DNA of 64,000 nucleotides from a virus: IMG/VR virus record IMGVR_UViG_3300017769_000001, positions 1 to 64,000 of that record; one strand, 5' to 3'. Shown piece by piece: positions 29,317 to 38,309 of this stretch (position 1 is its first letter; each line of letters starts with the position of its first letter). The notes under the pieces were generated by a model. It saw only the letters and a program-made list of their open reading frames with translations, ran no database searches and was not told where the DNA came from. The position numbers and the translations under genes were made by a program.

Positions 29317-29693
29317 TGATTGACTCATATCCGCTGATCGGGAAGATTATCGAGTTGAGTGACGATATTCGACGATACAATGAGTCGGATCTGGTCAGGT
29401 TACCTATTAAGTGCAAGTATTACAGTTTCTCTACTTCCGATATTCCTACGAGAATTAGTAACAATCCGGTAGATTGGAACCAATATCGTCGGTGTACGAG
29501 AATTTGGTTCTCAGACTATTTTATTGAGATCGAACGCATTGTGAATACCCAGATACGGGAATCGGAGCTGGATGTTCACCTTCCGAAAACCCCCGAAGAG
29601 TGCCACGCTTTCCAGCGGGAGTGCGAAAGACTCCTACACGATAAAAACGCAGCAGAAACACTCAACTCACTTTGCAAAATGGGAGTATTGTGA
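29316..29693 (+). CDS. hypothetical protein (Leu-tag family), paralogue of the upstream gene
   Basis: ends LCKMGVL. Confidence 0.65.
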   Translation: MIDSYPLIGKIIELSDDIRRYNESDLVRLPIKCKYYSFSTSDIPTRISNNPVDWNQYRRCTRIWFSDYFIEIERIVNTQIRESELDVHLPKTPEECHAFQRECERLLHDKNAAETLNSLCKMGVL

Positions 29694-30025
29694 TGACACA
29701 AGAAAGATTGTCAGCAACAGACTTCGCCGAAAGGTTGAAAGAAGAAAAAATCAACTTTGAACCCATCGTCAACGCATGGCTTTTCGGTGTGATCAAGAAG
29801 TTTAATAAGAACGGCATGTACTTTGACCTTCCGCTCGACGTCGATTCTGACCCGGAAAAGAAACGACTTTTTATCGAAGAACTTCACAAGAGGGGCTTTA
29901 CAGTATCCAGTGGAGTGCGTTATGATACGACTGGAGCACAAACAAGTAAACCGAAAGCCATAGGGACGATCTCGTTGTCGATCCCATTTGAAATCGACCA
30001 ACCAACCAAAAGGAGCACCTCATAA
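29693..30025 (+). CDS. hypothetical protein
   Basis: GGAG RBS, coupled ORF. Confidence 0.6.
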   Translation: MTQERLSATDFAERLKEEKINFEPIVNAWLFGVIKKFNKNGMYFDLPLDVDSDPEKKRLFIEELHKRGFTVSSGVRYDTTGAQTSKPKAIGTISLSIPFEIDQPTKRSTS

Positions 30026-32082
30026 TGTTCGAGGTAATCGAAATCGGCGGTATGAAGACCGTCAAAGCAAACCAAGCGACAAACCACGTGTATCTGGTTG
30101 ACGTATCCGGATCTATGTACGGATCCCTGCCAATGATGCGGCAGCACCTGAAGAACACTGTTTCTCTGGTGGCACAACCTGAAGATACGTTTTCAATCAT
30201 CTACTTCAGTGGTCGTGGGCAATGTGGTGTTGTGTGCGAAGCAGTCCCTGTCTCCGACATCGCGTCTGTAACTGCTATCCAGCAAGCCATCGACCGTTAC
30301 CTGCAACCAATCGGCCTTACCGGATTCGCAGATCCAATGCAGCTGGCGATTGATGTCGCAAAAAACATCCAGAACGACTTCTACAACAACTTCGTTATGA
30401 TGACTGACGGTTATGACAACCAGTCAAACCGCAATAAGGTTGTCGAACTGGCGAAAGAGCTTCCGAGTGTGTTCCAGAGCTGTTCATTCATCGAATACGG
30501 TTGGTACTGTGATCGGGAACTGTTGGCTAAGATGGCAGAAGCGTCAAATGGCATTCACATCTTTGCTGAAGGTCAGGAAGACTACAAGGTTCGGTTCAGC
30601 GATGCTGTTACTGGCGCGGTTCGTGTTCCTCTGGTAGAGGTAAGCGTCAACAAGCGTGCGAAACATGCCATCTACGTGAAGGATGGCGGTCAGATCGTTA
30701 TCGTTGACGTTGAAGACGGTAAGGTGAAAGTTCCTGAAACCGTTGAGAAGGTTCACTCAATCGTTCCGAAGGACGTACTTCAGAAAGAGCTGAGTGAGGA
30801 TCATCTGTACCTGATCATGTACTACGCCGTACGAACCGGCAACTCAAAACTTGTGTGGCGTTGTCTGGAGCAGCTTGGTGATGTGTTCCTGATCGACCGG
30901 TTCACCAACGCTTTCACACGTCAGGAACTCTCCGACTTTGAAGCGATGGTACATCAGGCAGTTCTGGATGAGGATGTTCGCTACTTCTCCGGCAAGGATA
31001 TGAATTACATTCCGGACGAGAACGCACCGACGATTGTGGATCTGGTAGCCCTGATTGACAATGCCGAACACGCATCGGTTGTGACGAAGAGTCAATACTT
31101 CGATTACAATCGGACAACCCGATCCACCGATGCGGCTACTGAACTTCCGAAGTTCGAAAAATCTCCAGCTCAGGAACCTGTTGTTACTGGGGTGGTTTAC
31201 AACAGTACACGTCCGAACATTTCCCTGCAAACGCTGGTGAAAGGTACTGTCGAAGTTCCTGAAAATGAGTTCGATATCGAGCGTGTGAAGAGCCAGATCT
31301 TCCGGAACTACACCATCGTTCGAGACGGTATCATCAATATGGATTGTCTGCCGCTGGTTGTTGATTCGAGTACCTACGAAGCCATGAGGGAAGATTATGG
31401 CGACACGGTGATCGAACACATCGACACAGTCGGAAGCAGCAGTCTGGAGTACATCCTGATTCATCTGAAAAGAATCCCGGTAGTCAGCCGGTCTATGGTG
31501 AGCAAAACCACGATCTCTGAATACGCGGATCTGATTCGTGAAATGTTCCTGCTGCAAGGACAAGTCAAGGTAATCAAGAGCCTGCTTCCTGAAAAGAGTC
31601 GTGCAGTTGGTGGGCTTTCTGTTGAGTACGGTGAGAAGGCTGCACAGTGGCTTTCTTCTATCGGGGTACGTGACTACGGGTTCAGCCCGAAAGTCGCCTC
31701 TCGTGAAGCCACAGACGCCTACATGGCTCGTGAAATGAGCTATAAGGTGAAAGGTCTGTCTTCCCTGCCAGCTGTTGCGAAGGTGAAGGAAAAAATCGCC
31801 GACAATAAGAAGTTGACGGTGTCTGATTACCTGATCAGCCTCGGCTTGAAAGAGAATGGGGGTCTGTCGGAGAAGATGCTGCTGGTCGCACTGAAAAACA
31901 AGCAGGAACGCCTGAAGTTTATCCAAAGCGAAATCAGTGGCATCACCTACGCGCTGGTTATTGGTAAGACATGGTTCTCTGATCGTGAAGGCGAAGAAGA
32001 ATCCGTTGTTGACATCAACTTCGGCGGTGGTTACACTGTTCCAATGACAGTCACCGTAGCAACCAAAGAAATCAAGATCTGA
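30025..32082 (+). CDS. vWA-domain protein
   Basis: MIDAS DVSGS...T...MTDG in the N-terminal ~190 aa; 685 aa total. Confidence 0.85.
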   Translation: MFEVIEIGGMKTVKANQATNHVYLVDVSGSMYGSLPMMRQHLKNTVSLVAQPEDTFSIIYFSGRGQCGVVCEAVPVSDIASVTAIQQAIDRYLQPIGLTGFADPMQLAIDVAKNIQNDFYNNFVMMTDGYDNQSNRNKVVELAKELPSVFQSCSFIEYGWYCDRELLAKMAEASNGIHIFAEGQEDYKVRFSDAVTGAVRVPLVEVSVNKRAKHAIYVKDGGQIVIVDVEDGKVKVPETVEKVHSIVPKDVLQKELSEDHLYLIMYYAVRTGNSKLVWRCLEQLGDVFLIDRFTNAFTRQELSDFEAMVHQAVLDEDVRYFSGKDMNYIPDENAPTIVDLVALIDNAEHASVVTKSQYFDYNRTTRSTDAATELPKFEKSPAQEPVVTGVVYNSTRPNISLQTLVKGTVEVPENEFDIERVKSQIFRNYTIVRDGIINMDCLPLVVDSSTYEAMREDYGDTVIEHIDTVGSSSLEYILIHLKRIPVVSRSMVSKTTISEYADLIREMFLLQGQVKVIKSLLPEKSRAVGGLSVEYGEKAAQWLSSIGVRDYGFSPKVASREATDAYMAREMSYKVKGLSSLPAVAKVKEKIADNKKLTVSDYLISLGLKENGGLSEKMLLVALKNKQERLKFIQSEISGITYALVIGKTWFSDREGEEESVVDINFGGGYTVPMTVTVATKEIKI

Positions 32083-32095
32083 TTGATTTCTACTG

Positions 32096-32123
32096 AAAAG
32101 GGGAGCTTCGGCTCCCTTTTTTT
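32096..32123 (+). terminator. intrinsic terminator
   Basis: GGGAGC-TTCG-GCTCCC plus T7. Confidence 0.85.
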
Positions 32124-32133
32124 GGAGTATGAT

Positions 32134-32481
32134 ATGAGTGAAGATAAATTCGATCCCGTCACAGAATCTATGATATTCGCAATTGAAAACAGCGTGGTGT
32201 CTTTTCACTCTTCAGACAAGCCAATTCAGGGGTTTCATTCTCACATTTTTCGAGTAACTGCGAATCAATACCTTATGTGCATCCAGATTCCGGAGATAAG
32301 CGGTAACGGCGTGTACATTGAGTTCAAACTTGATATCGATCTGTGGAGAGAACACTCCAAGAAAACAAATGATTCCATACTTGGGATCAAGGACTATTAC
32401 TCAACACACTTTCGGAAATCTTGTGATTACGAAAGGGTGGCTTCTATCATAGAAACCGTACTTTTATCATCGAATTTATGA
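32134..32481 (+). CDS. hypothetical protein (Leu-tag family)
   Basis: GGAG RBS; ends VLLSSNL. Confidence 0.65.
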   Translation: MSEDKFDPVTESMIFAIENSVVSFHSSDKPIQGFHSHIFRVTANQYLMCIQIPEISGNGVYIEFKLDIDLWREHSKKTNDSILGIKDYYSTHFRKSCDYERVASIIETVLLSSNL

Positions 32482-32488
32482 GGCACTT

Positions 32489-32848
32489 GTGATGTGGAAC
32501 CCTATGATCGATGCGTTAGAAACCATCTATAACCGACCTATGCTCGCTGTGTGTGTAGAGATTTTAAAGTCTCGAACCCCGATATTGGACTCTAACAAAT
32601 ACATCCACATAAGTATAAACTCTCATGATCACAAAAAGTATGGCTATGTTTATGGGATTCAATTCGTAACAGTCAATGCTTTATTTTCTGGGGTTTATCA
32701 AGTAAAGTTTGTATTCTTGTTGGATAGTCTCCAAAGTCGAATAAATGAAGAAGGAATTGAGTGCGACACTATTGAAACTTTCCTTGAAGACTCGTACGAA
32801 CGAGACTATGATAAATTGTCAATGATGTTACAGGTGGATGAGTTATGA
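32489..32848 (+). CDS. hypothetical protein (Leu-tag family)
   Basis: ends MLQVDEL. Confidence 0.65.
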   Translation: MMWNPMIDALETIYNRPMLAVCVEILKSRTPILDSNKYIHISINSHDHKKYGYVYGIQFVTVNALFSGVYQVKFVFLLDSLQSRINEEGIECDTIETFLEDSYERDYDKLSMMLQVDEL

Positions 32849-33162
32849 CACCAATCGAAAAGCTTGTTAGTGAACACCAAATAGCGGACTTCGATATCGA
32901 CCCTATATGCAGTCATGAACTTCGGGTGGTGATATCAATGAATCCTACTTCATCGAAGTTCCAGTTTCTTTATACCAACATCATACAAATCAGCGGAGAC
33001 GGCTTGTATGTAATTTTTGGGCTGAGTTCTGATGAGATTCCGGTTTATTTCGACCATCCGTATCGAATGACGAAAAGAAACGCTCGCGATCTGAACCGGC
33101 AGATTAACAAAGTAGGAAAAGAAAAAATTCTCAATATCCTGCGAGCCAGACTCATTCTTTAG
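32845..33162 (+). CDS. hypothetical protein (Leu-tag family)
   Basis: ends LRARLIL; shares QISG.G.Y..F.L with the 32134 gene. Confidence 0.65.
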   Translation: MTPIEKLVSEHQIADFDIDPICSHELRVVISMNPTSSKFQFLYTNIIQISGDGLYVIFGLSSDEIPVYFDHPYRMTKRNARDLNRQINKVGKEKILNILRARLIL

Positions 33163-33191
33163 TTGACGGGGTCTTGTTGATGTGGTAGCAT
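33163..33191 (+). promoter_or_regulatory. sigma70-type promoter
   Basis: TTGACG-17-TAGCAT with extended -10 TG. Confidence 0.6.
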
Positions 33192-33215
33192 TCTGGTATT
33201 GTTTGAGGTAGTGAA

Positions 33216-33851
33216 ATGCATCCACTCGATTCCGTCGTTATTTTTAACGCTCCACCAATGTCAGGAAAGGACGTCGCAGCAGCCCACATTGATGAAACCA
33301 TCACAAAGGTAACGGACATCGTTACAGTCCCAATGATGTTCAAAGAGCACCTGTACAGGCTGGCGTCCGTTATCTATAATCTCGACTATTATGTCGTGGT
33401 TGATTACGCAACTGACAGAAGCAAGAAAGAAACCCCAACCGACCTGTTCGGTGGGTTATCCCCAAGGAATGCGATCATTGACATCTCCGAAAACGTGATC
33501 AAACCAAGATACGGTAAGCGGTATTTCGGCAATGTCTGTGCTTTAAACATGATGTCCGTGTCAAATATCATAACCCGACAGAAACTTTTCGTGTTCAGTG
33601 ACGGGGGTTTCCCAGACGAAGCAAAGCCGGTGATTGAAACGGTCGGTGCCGGGAAGACACTCGTCATTAGAATCCACCGAGAAGGTTATGAGTACGGTTC
33701 CGATTCAAGGCGTTATATGTCGGAAGACATGTTCGAGAAACCTCCAACCTTCATTGACATCTACAATGAAGAGGGTAAAATTGACGAGTTCTTCCAACAA
33801 TGCACCTCTAAAGTTCTGGAGTTCATTAATGAAAACGTCAAAGAGAGCTAA
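33216..33851 (+). CDS. deoxynucleoside monophosphate kinase
   Basis: NAPPMSGKD P-loop, KETP...G.SPR, SDGGF.DE, DSRRY. Confidence 0.8.
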   Translation: MHPLDSVVIFNAPPMSGKDVAAAHIDETITKVTDIVTVPMMFKEHLYRLASVIYNLDYYVVVDYATDRSKKETPTDLFGGLSPRNAIIDISENVIKPRYGKRYFGNVCALNMMSVSNIITRQKLFVFSDGGFPDEAKPVIETVGAGKTLVIRIHREGYEYGSDSRRYMSEDMFEKPPTFIDIYNEEGKIDEFFQQCTSKVLEFINENVKES

Positions 33852-33852
33852 A

Positions 33853-34167
33853 ATGACGTACGCGAATGCCGCCATCCATGTTTTGAAAAACATAGAAGAA
33901 GTCACCAAAGTCGGGATTCGTCAAGATTCGGATGATCTCATAAAAGGGCAGTTCCATCCGTGTATCGAAATCCATAAGATGTTCATGTTCTCCAAGTATG
34001 TGATCTACTACAAGGACTACGAGTACACAGTACGTTCAGACCCGGCTGCACTGGATGATGTTTACGATGATCGAAACATTGCAGAAAACATCGTGATATC
34101 TGGCATGATGAAACTTCATTCGAAAGGTCAACTGATCGAAATGCTTGACACAGTTGCTGCACTCTGA
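33853..34167 (+). CDS. hypothetical protein (Leu-tag family)
   Basis: start MTYAN; ends LDTVAAL. Confidence 0.65.
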   Translation: MTYANAAIHVLKNIEEVTKVGIRQDSDDLIKGQFHPCIEIHKMFMFSKYVIYYKDYEYTVRSDPAALDDVYDDRNIAENIVISGMMKLHSKGQLIEMLDTVAAL

Positions 34168-34200
34168 GAAAATGTAACGATAACCCTAAAGGAGGGTAAT

Positions 34201-34959
34201 ATGGACTTGGTAAAAACCAAGAAAATTCTTGAAATCATGGAAGGCGTTGGTATTCTGGATGCCGGTATCTTCGCAGCTGATGACAAGAATCAGATCCGAG
34301 GGATCACACAAGACAAGAACACAATCATCTATACAGAGACAGACCAGTTCATCGAACATCAAGTCGGTCTTCTGTCCGTGAAAGGTCTCCTGTCGCGTCT
34401 GAACCTGTTCGACGAAGAAAAAATGGGTGTTGAACTCGAAACTCTGAAGTCGAAGAAGAATGGTGAAGACTTTGTCAACCAGATTACCATCAAGGAAGGT
34501 CGCCGACGTTCCAAGGTAACCACGACTGACCCAGCAAACATGCGGACGATCCCCACGGATTATCCACAATGTGAAACTGTGTTCAGCGGCGTTATCAACA
34601 AGAGCTATGTCGACTATATCAGTAAGATGAAGAACTCGATCAATAGTGCTTCTGTTACCGATACGATGTACATCGAAATGTACTTTGACGAATCCAGCGA
34701 CAAAGGTACTGTGAATTTCAGTATCGGTGGTGGGTACGACGACTTCGATGATAAGTTCGACGTTGATATCAACGACGAGTTTGATTCGGAAACGTTTTCG
34801 GTGAAATGGAAAATCGACCCTGTCATCCGAGCGATGAAGCAAGCGTCATCCATTTCTGAAGAAGAGAAGGTTGAATTCCAAGTGACTGATCGCGGTCTTC
34901 TGGAAATTGACATCGACGGCATTGTGGTTACAGTAGCCCCAATGAACGTGACTAAATAA
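34201..34959 (+). CDS. probable sliding clamp (T4 gp45-like)
   Basis: 252 aa, acidic, two-domain alpha/beta pattern, next to SSB; no diagnostic motif. Confidence 0.55.
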   Translation: MDLVKTKKILEIMEGVGILDAGIFAADDKNQIRGITQDKNTIIYTETDQFIEHQVGLLSVKGLLSRLNLFDEEKMGVELETLKSKKNGEDFVNQITIKEGRRRSKVTTTDPANMRTIPTDYPQCETVFSGVINKSYVDYISKMKNSINSASVTDTMYIEMYFDESSDKGTVNFSIGGGYDDFDDKFDVDINDEFDSETFSVKWKIDPVIRAMKQASSISEEEKVEFQVTDRGLLEIDIDGIVVTVAPMNVTK

Positions 34960-35035
34960 AACGCTACGTCGAGATACGTTAGTGTTACGGAGGCAGAATT
35001 CTGCCAAATCTTAAAATCTACGGAGAATATACGTT

Positions 35036-35992
35036 ATGGCATTGACCAAACACAAACTGAAGAAACAGATCCTCGAAAAAACCCTGAACAAGACCGAGCA
35101 CGGTGGTGGTCGTCGTGAAGACGATCCAAAAATCCTGCCGTACTACAAGCTTGACACCAACGAAAAGATGGAAGTCATGTTTGTTCCATACGAAGACGGT
35201 GACCTGTTCAAGCACTTCAAAAAACACGGCCCCAACATGGGTGTTGCTTCTGTCGGCAGCGTAGACTGCATCTATCACTCTCGCGGTGAAAGCTGCCCTG
35301 CATGTGCCAAAGGCTTCAGTTATGTAAAGGACGGCAAAGGTACTCCGATGTCTAAGAAATGGATGGCGAAGGACTACTACGTCGCACAGGTCGTGGTAAT
35401 CGACTGTCCGTTCGACATCCCTGAACTGGAAGATGGAAACCAAGTCCGAATCTTCTACATGCCGTTCGCGGTTATGGAAAAGATCAAGGAATCCTATGCC
35501 GAAGGAATCGTCGAAGATCCGACTGAACACGTGTTCGTTATCAAGAAGACAACGAATCAAGGTGGGAACGCTTCCTACGCCAACTCTTTCTTCCGCCCGC
35601 AACCTGCTGGTGATGAGATCTACGAGGCGTTTGGTGATGCGGTAGTGGAAATTCACGATCTGTATGACGCGGATATCGCTCCTGCTGAAGTCACTGTCGA
35701 CGAAGTTGCCGAGTGGGTTGAGAAAGCCGACAAGGCACTGAACGAAGATGAAGGTGGTAACGGTGGTCGTACCCGTCGTGAGTCCGGAAACGATTCTTCT
35801 GACGATGGTGGAGCTGCCCGTCCTGCCGGTAACTCCCGTCTCGGACGCCGATCTGAACGTAAGGCTGAAGATGATGGGGATGAAGGCGATGATGGTTCTC
35901 AAGACGACACACAGTCAAAAACCACCGAGTCCTCTGGTGGTGGTAACAGTCTGAAAGATCGCCTACGTCGTGCGCGTGCATCTGGTCAGTAA
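35036..35992 (+). CDS. single-stranded DNA-binding protein (T4 gp32-like)
   Basis: C...CPAC Zn site, YYVAQVVVIDCP, ASYANSFF, acidic low-complexity tail. Confidence 0.75.
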   Translation: MALTKHKLKKQILEKTLNKTEHGGGRREDDPKILPYYKLDTNEKMEVMFVPYEDGDLFKHFKKHGPNMGVASVGSVDCIYHSRGESCPACAKGFSYVKDGKGTPMSKKWMAKDYYVAQVVVIDCPFDIPELEDGNQVRIFYMPFAVMEKIKESYAEGIVEDPTEHVFVIKKTTNQGGNASYANSFFRPQPAGDEIYEAFGDAVVEIHDLYDADIAPAEVTVDEVAEWVEKADKALNEDEGGNGGRTRRESGNDSSDDGGAARPAGNSRLGRRSERKAEDDGDEGDDGSQDDTQSKTTESSGGGNSLKDRLRRARASGQ

Positions 35993-35999
35993 ATAACCA

Positions 36000-36025
36000 A
36001 AAAGGGGGCTCTTCGGAGCCCCAAT
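36000..36025 (+). terminator. terminator-like hairpin
   Basis: GGGGCTC-TTCG-GAGCCCC; the T tract is on the minus strand. Confidence 0.55.
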
Positions 36026-36042
36026 CCTAAAAGGGGTTTGAC

Positions 36043-36609
36043 ATGGATAAAATCATGCACCTGAGAGCCATTGACCATGACGCGAGTCGTGCAGGGCATA
36101 CTCAGTATGATCAAAGCAAGCGAGGGGTCACTGTAATTGGCAAGTTCGTAGACAACCTCGAACAGAACCGGAGAGACTTGGTCTTCTCTTGGGCAATTCA
36201 GGACACCAGAGATCGTTACTGTAAGAAGACAGGTATCGAGATTGCAGGGGAACGAATGAATAGTGGTATCATCATCCAGACGGATTATGTTTCGAAGTTT
36301 TCTCTGAAATACCAGTTCTTCAACTCGATTGCAGCTGCAAGGGAGTTCTACCACAGTGACGAAGCTCCAGACAACGAAGAACGACGTCGTTTCCTCGACT
36401 TGACGTTCTATTCTCTGGCTGAGATTGCTGAGTCGAATAACTGGTACATGGACATCAAATCAGAGTACCTCCCGTCAATTCATCCGGATATTCTGATTAA
36501 CTATATCCACAGGATGAATTTGAAAGAGCTGTCAAAGCTGGATATCTACTCGATGGTTGGTAAGTATCCAACACTGACAGCAATGATTAACAGGAGCTAC
36601 GGGGTATGA
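36043..36609 (+). CDS. hypothetical protein
   Basis: 188-aa ORF; D.YCKKTG.EIA.ER motif. Confidence 0.65.
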   Translation: MDKIMHLRAIDHDASRAGHTQYDQSKRGVTVIGKFVDNLEQNRRDLVFSWAIQDTRDRYCKKTGIEIAGERMNSGIIIQTDYVSKFSLKYQFFNSIAAAREFYHSDEAPDNEERRRFLDLTFYSLAEIAESNNWYMDIKSEYLPSIHPDILINYIHRMNLKELSKLDIYSMVGKYPTLTAMINRSYGV

Positions 36610-37154
36610 CCACGATTGTCGATAAACTGAGAACAAAAATTCTCAACGCTGGATCGGCTGCACAGGAAATCAACCGCTTCAACGCAAGGTTTCTCGGCAT
36701 TCCGGAAAACATTTCTGACTTTCTTTCACGAGGGGTCAGAAATGTTAACCCTCCAGCAATTACCTTTGCAACGACGAACCATGGGAATCGTCGAGCGAAC
36801 TTTCAGGACGTTGGTAAGCTGGAGAGTGAAATCCTGACGATCACCCTGATGAGTGATGATGAAGGGATCATGGACGGAATTATCATGTCCCAGATCTTCC
36901 GTCAGAAAGGCGATGAGATCAGTGGGTTTGAAGGGACGAAGAGCCAGTCGAAGTTTGATATCAAACTTGAGATATTAAACACCAATTCGAAGGTGGTTCG
37001 ATCTGAGACTTACAGGAATTGTTTCATTGCTACTCTTCAGAAACCAGATCTGGAGAATACCCAAGCAGCAACGAACGCACTCTACACCCTGACAATCCAG
37101 TACGATTCAATCGACTATTCGATTGAAGACGAAAGCTTCGTTCTCACTTCTTGA
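36606..37154 (+). CDS. tail tube-like protein (T4 gp19/gp54 fold)
   Basis: NRF....., V..P.I, LTITL.D, Y.NCF, TLTIQYD pattern. Confidence 0.6.
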   Translation: MTTIVDKLRTKILNAGSAAQEINRFNARFLGIPENISDFLSRGVRNVNPPAITFATTNHGNRRANFQDVGKLESEILTITLMSDDEGIMDGIIMSQIFRQKGDEISGFEGTKSQSKFDIKLEILNTNSKVVRSETYRNCFIATLQKPDLENTQAATNALYTLTIQYDSIDYSIEDESFVLTS

Positions 37155-37608
37155 ATATCTGAAATTCTGTAAGGACTATGAATTCCCATCCCCTTTCCTT
37201 ACAGAATTTCTTTGCAGCTTCCCACTTCAGCATGTTCGTAGTGAAAACTTCACACTCTTTAAGATAGACGTCTTGACGCTTCCTGCTCGTCTTGACTGGC
37301 GGTAAGGTTTGACTATGCGGCTTAATCTCTGCAAGATAGGTTTTAAACTCCCCATCCTTGGTTCTGACTTCCATGAAGATATCAACCATATATCGACGCT
37401 TCCTTTGAATGCGCGGATCCATGTACGGGACAACAGTCGTTTCGCTGCCCCATCGGATTACAGACGGATGGTTGTCTGCCCAACGAAAGACGGCGTACTC
37501 ATAACTGGAAAGGTAACGGGGGTTCTTGGTTCCTACGTATTTCTCTTTGTTGACGACGTCGTAAGTACCCTGCATACATTTGCTGAAAGCCCCCTTTCGC
37601 TTCGCCAT
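37144..37608 (-). CDS. head completion nuclease (T4 gp4-like)
   Basis: N.EKY.G, Y.SSYE, WGSE...PY, RY.VD, EIKP..QT, KWEAA. Confidence 0.88.
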   Translation of the reverse strand: MAKRKGAFSKCMQGTYDVVNKEKYVGTKNPRYLSSYEYAVFRWADNHPSVIRWGSETTVVPYMDPRIQRKRRYMVDIFMEVRTKDGEFKTYLAEIKPHSQTLPPVKTSRKRQDVYLKECEVFTTNMLKWEAAKKFCKERGWEFIVLTEFQIFKK

Positions 37609-37772
37609 TAGTCGAAACTCCCGTTCTTCTGCATTTTGGTAGCTGTCGCATACAGGATACTCTCCCAATCGTCGTCATAACGATCCCGGAACTTGTCCTT
37701 GTTATCCTTTATCCATTGTTCTGCTTTGTCGTTCAGCTTGAACTTTTCTTCAAACAATTCTTCGACACGCAT
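37608..37772 (-). CDS. small MRVEE-tagged putative internal head protein (absent from the ORF track)
   Basis: MRVEELFEEKFKLNDKAEQWIKDNKDKFRDRYDDDWESILYATATKMQKNGSFD; GAGG RBS; coupled on both sides. Confidence 0.7.
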   Translation of the reverse strand: MRVEELFEEKFKLNDKAEQWIKDNKDKFRDRYDDDWESILYATATKMQKNGSFD

Positions 37773-37903
37773 CAGTTAATCCTCTCTGGCATTACATATT
37801 CGAACTTACTCACCTCACGAAAGATCATATGAAGCTGTCCGTTGATAACCTTTGAACGCTTCTGTGGCATGGTGACCGTGATCCTGTATTTGAACCGTCT
37901 CAT
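37772..37903 (-). CDS. small basic hypothetical protein (43 aa)
   Basis: MRRFKYRITV...; fills the operon gap with TGATG coupling. Confidence 0.5.
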   Translation of the reverse strand: MRRFKYRITVTMPQKRSKVINGQLHMIFREVSKFEYVMPERIN

Positions 37904-37904
37904 A

Positions 37905-38309
37905 TCACACCCCACCTGAAGGAAGCGGACTGATTGATTCGATGAATTTTACTTCTCCGTACAGGAACGTCTCAACAGAACCATCCGGAAGACTTATCTT
38001 GAGGTCATAGACACCGGGACGCGGATAATCAAATACGAGCGTATCTTCTGCCGGAACATCAATAACAACAACGCCGTCAGTTCCAACCGGAGACCACACG
38101 TACCCTGCATCGGAAAGACTAATTGAAATGTCGGTTTCCTCTGACTCCGGATCAGAAACAAACTCGTACCCTTCATACGGCTTGATCGTCATTGAAAACT
38201 GTGATGTTGAAAGGTCGAGAGGAATTTCGTTTCCAGTTTCATCCATCGTTTCGATCTTCATGCTAAAAGAGAATCGACTTCCCTTATGGATTGTTATATC
38301 ATGCTTCAT
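37905..38309 (-). CDS. beta-sandwich virion protein (BppU N-terminal-like)
   Basis: I.KG..F, PLDLS, G.V.I.., YDL.I...DG.V.T...G pattern. Confidence 0.55.
   Translation of the reverse strand: MKHDITIHKGSRFSFSMKIETMDETGNEIPLDLSTSQFSMTIKPYEGYEFVSDPESEETDISISLSDAGYVWSPVGTDGVVVIDVPAEDTLVFDYPRPGVYDLKISLPDGSVETFLYGEVKFIESISPLPSGGV

Noticed and set aside
23705-29693. Terminal Leu as a by-product of ATGA/GTGA gene overlaps
   Set aside because: Leu is also terminal in non-overlapping genes and uses CTT, CTC and CTG with TAA or TAG stops
30844-32208. 454-aa minus-strand ORF
   Set aside because: Antisense shadow of the vWA gene; no RBS or recognisable motif
35018-35902. 294-aa minus-strand ORF
   Set aside because: Antisense shadow of the gp32-like SSB gene
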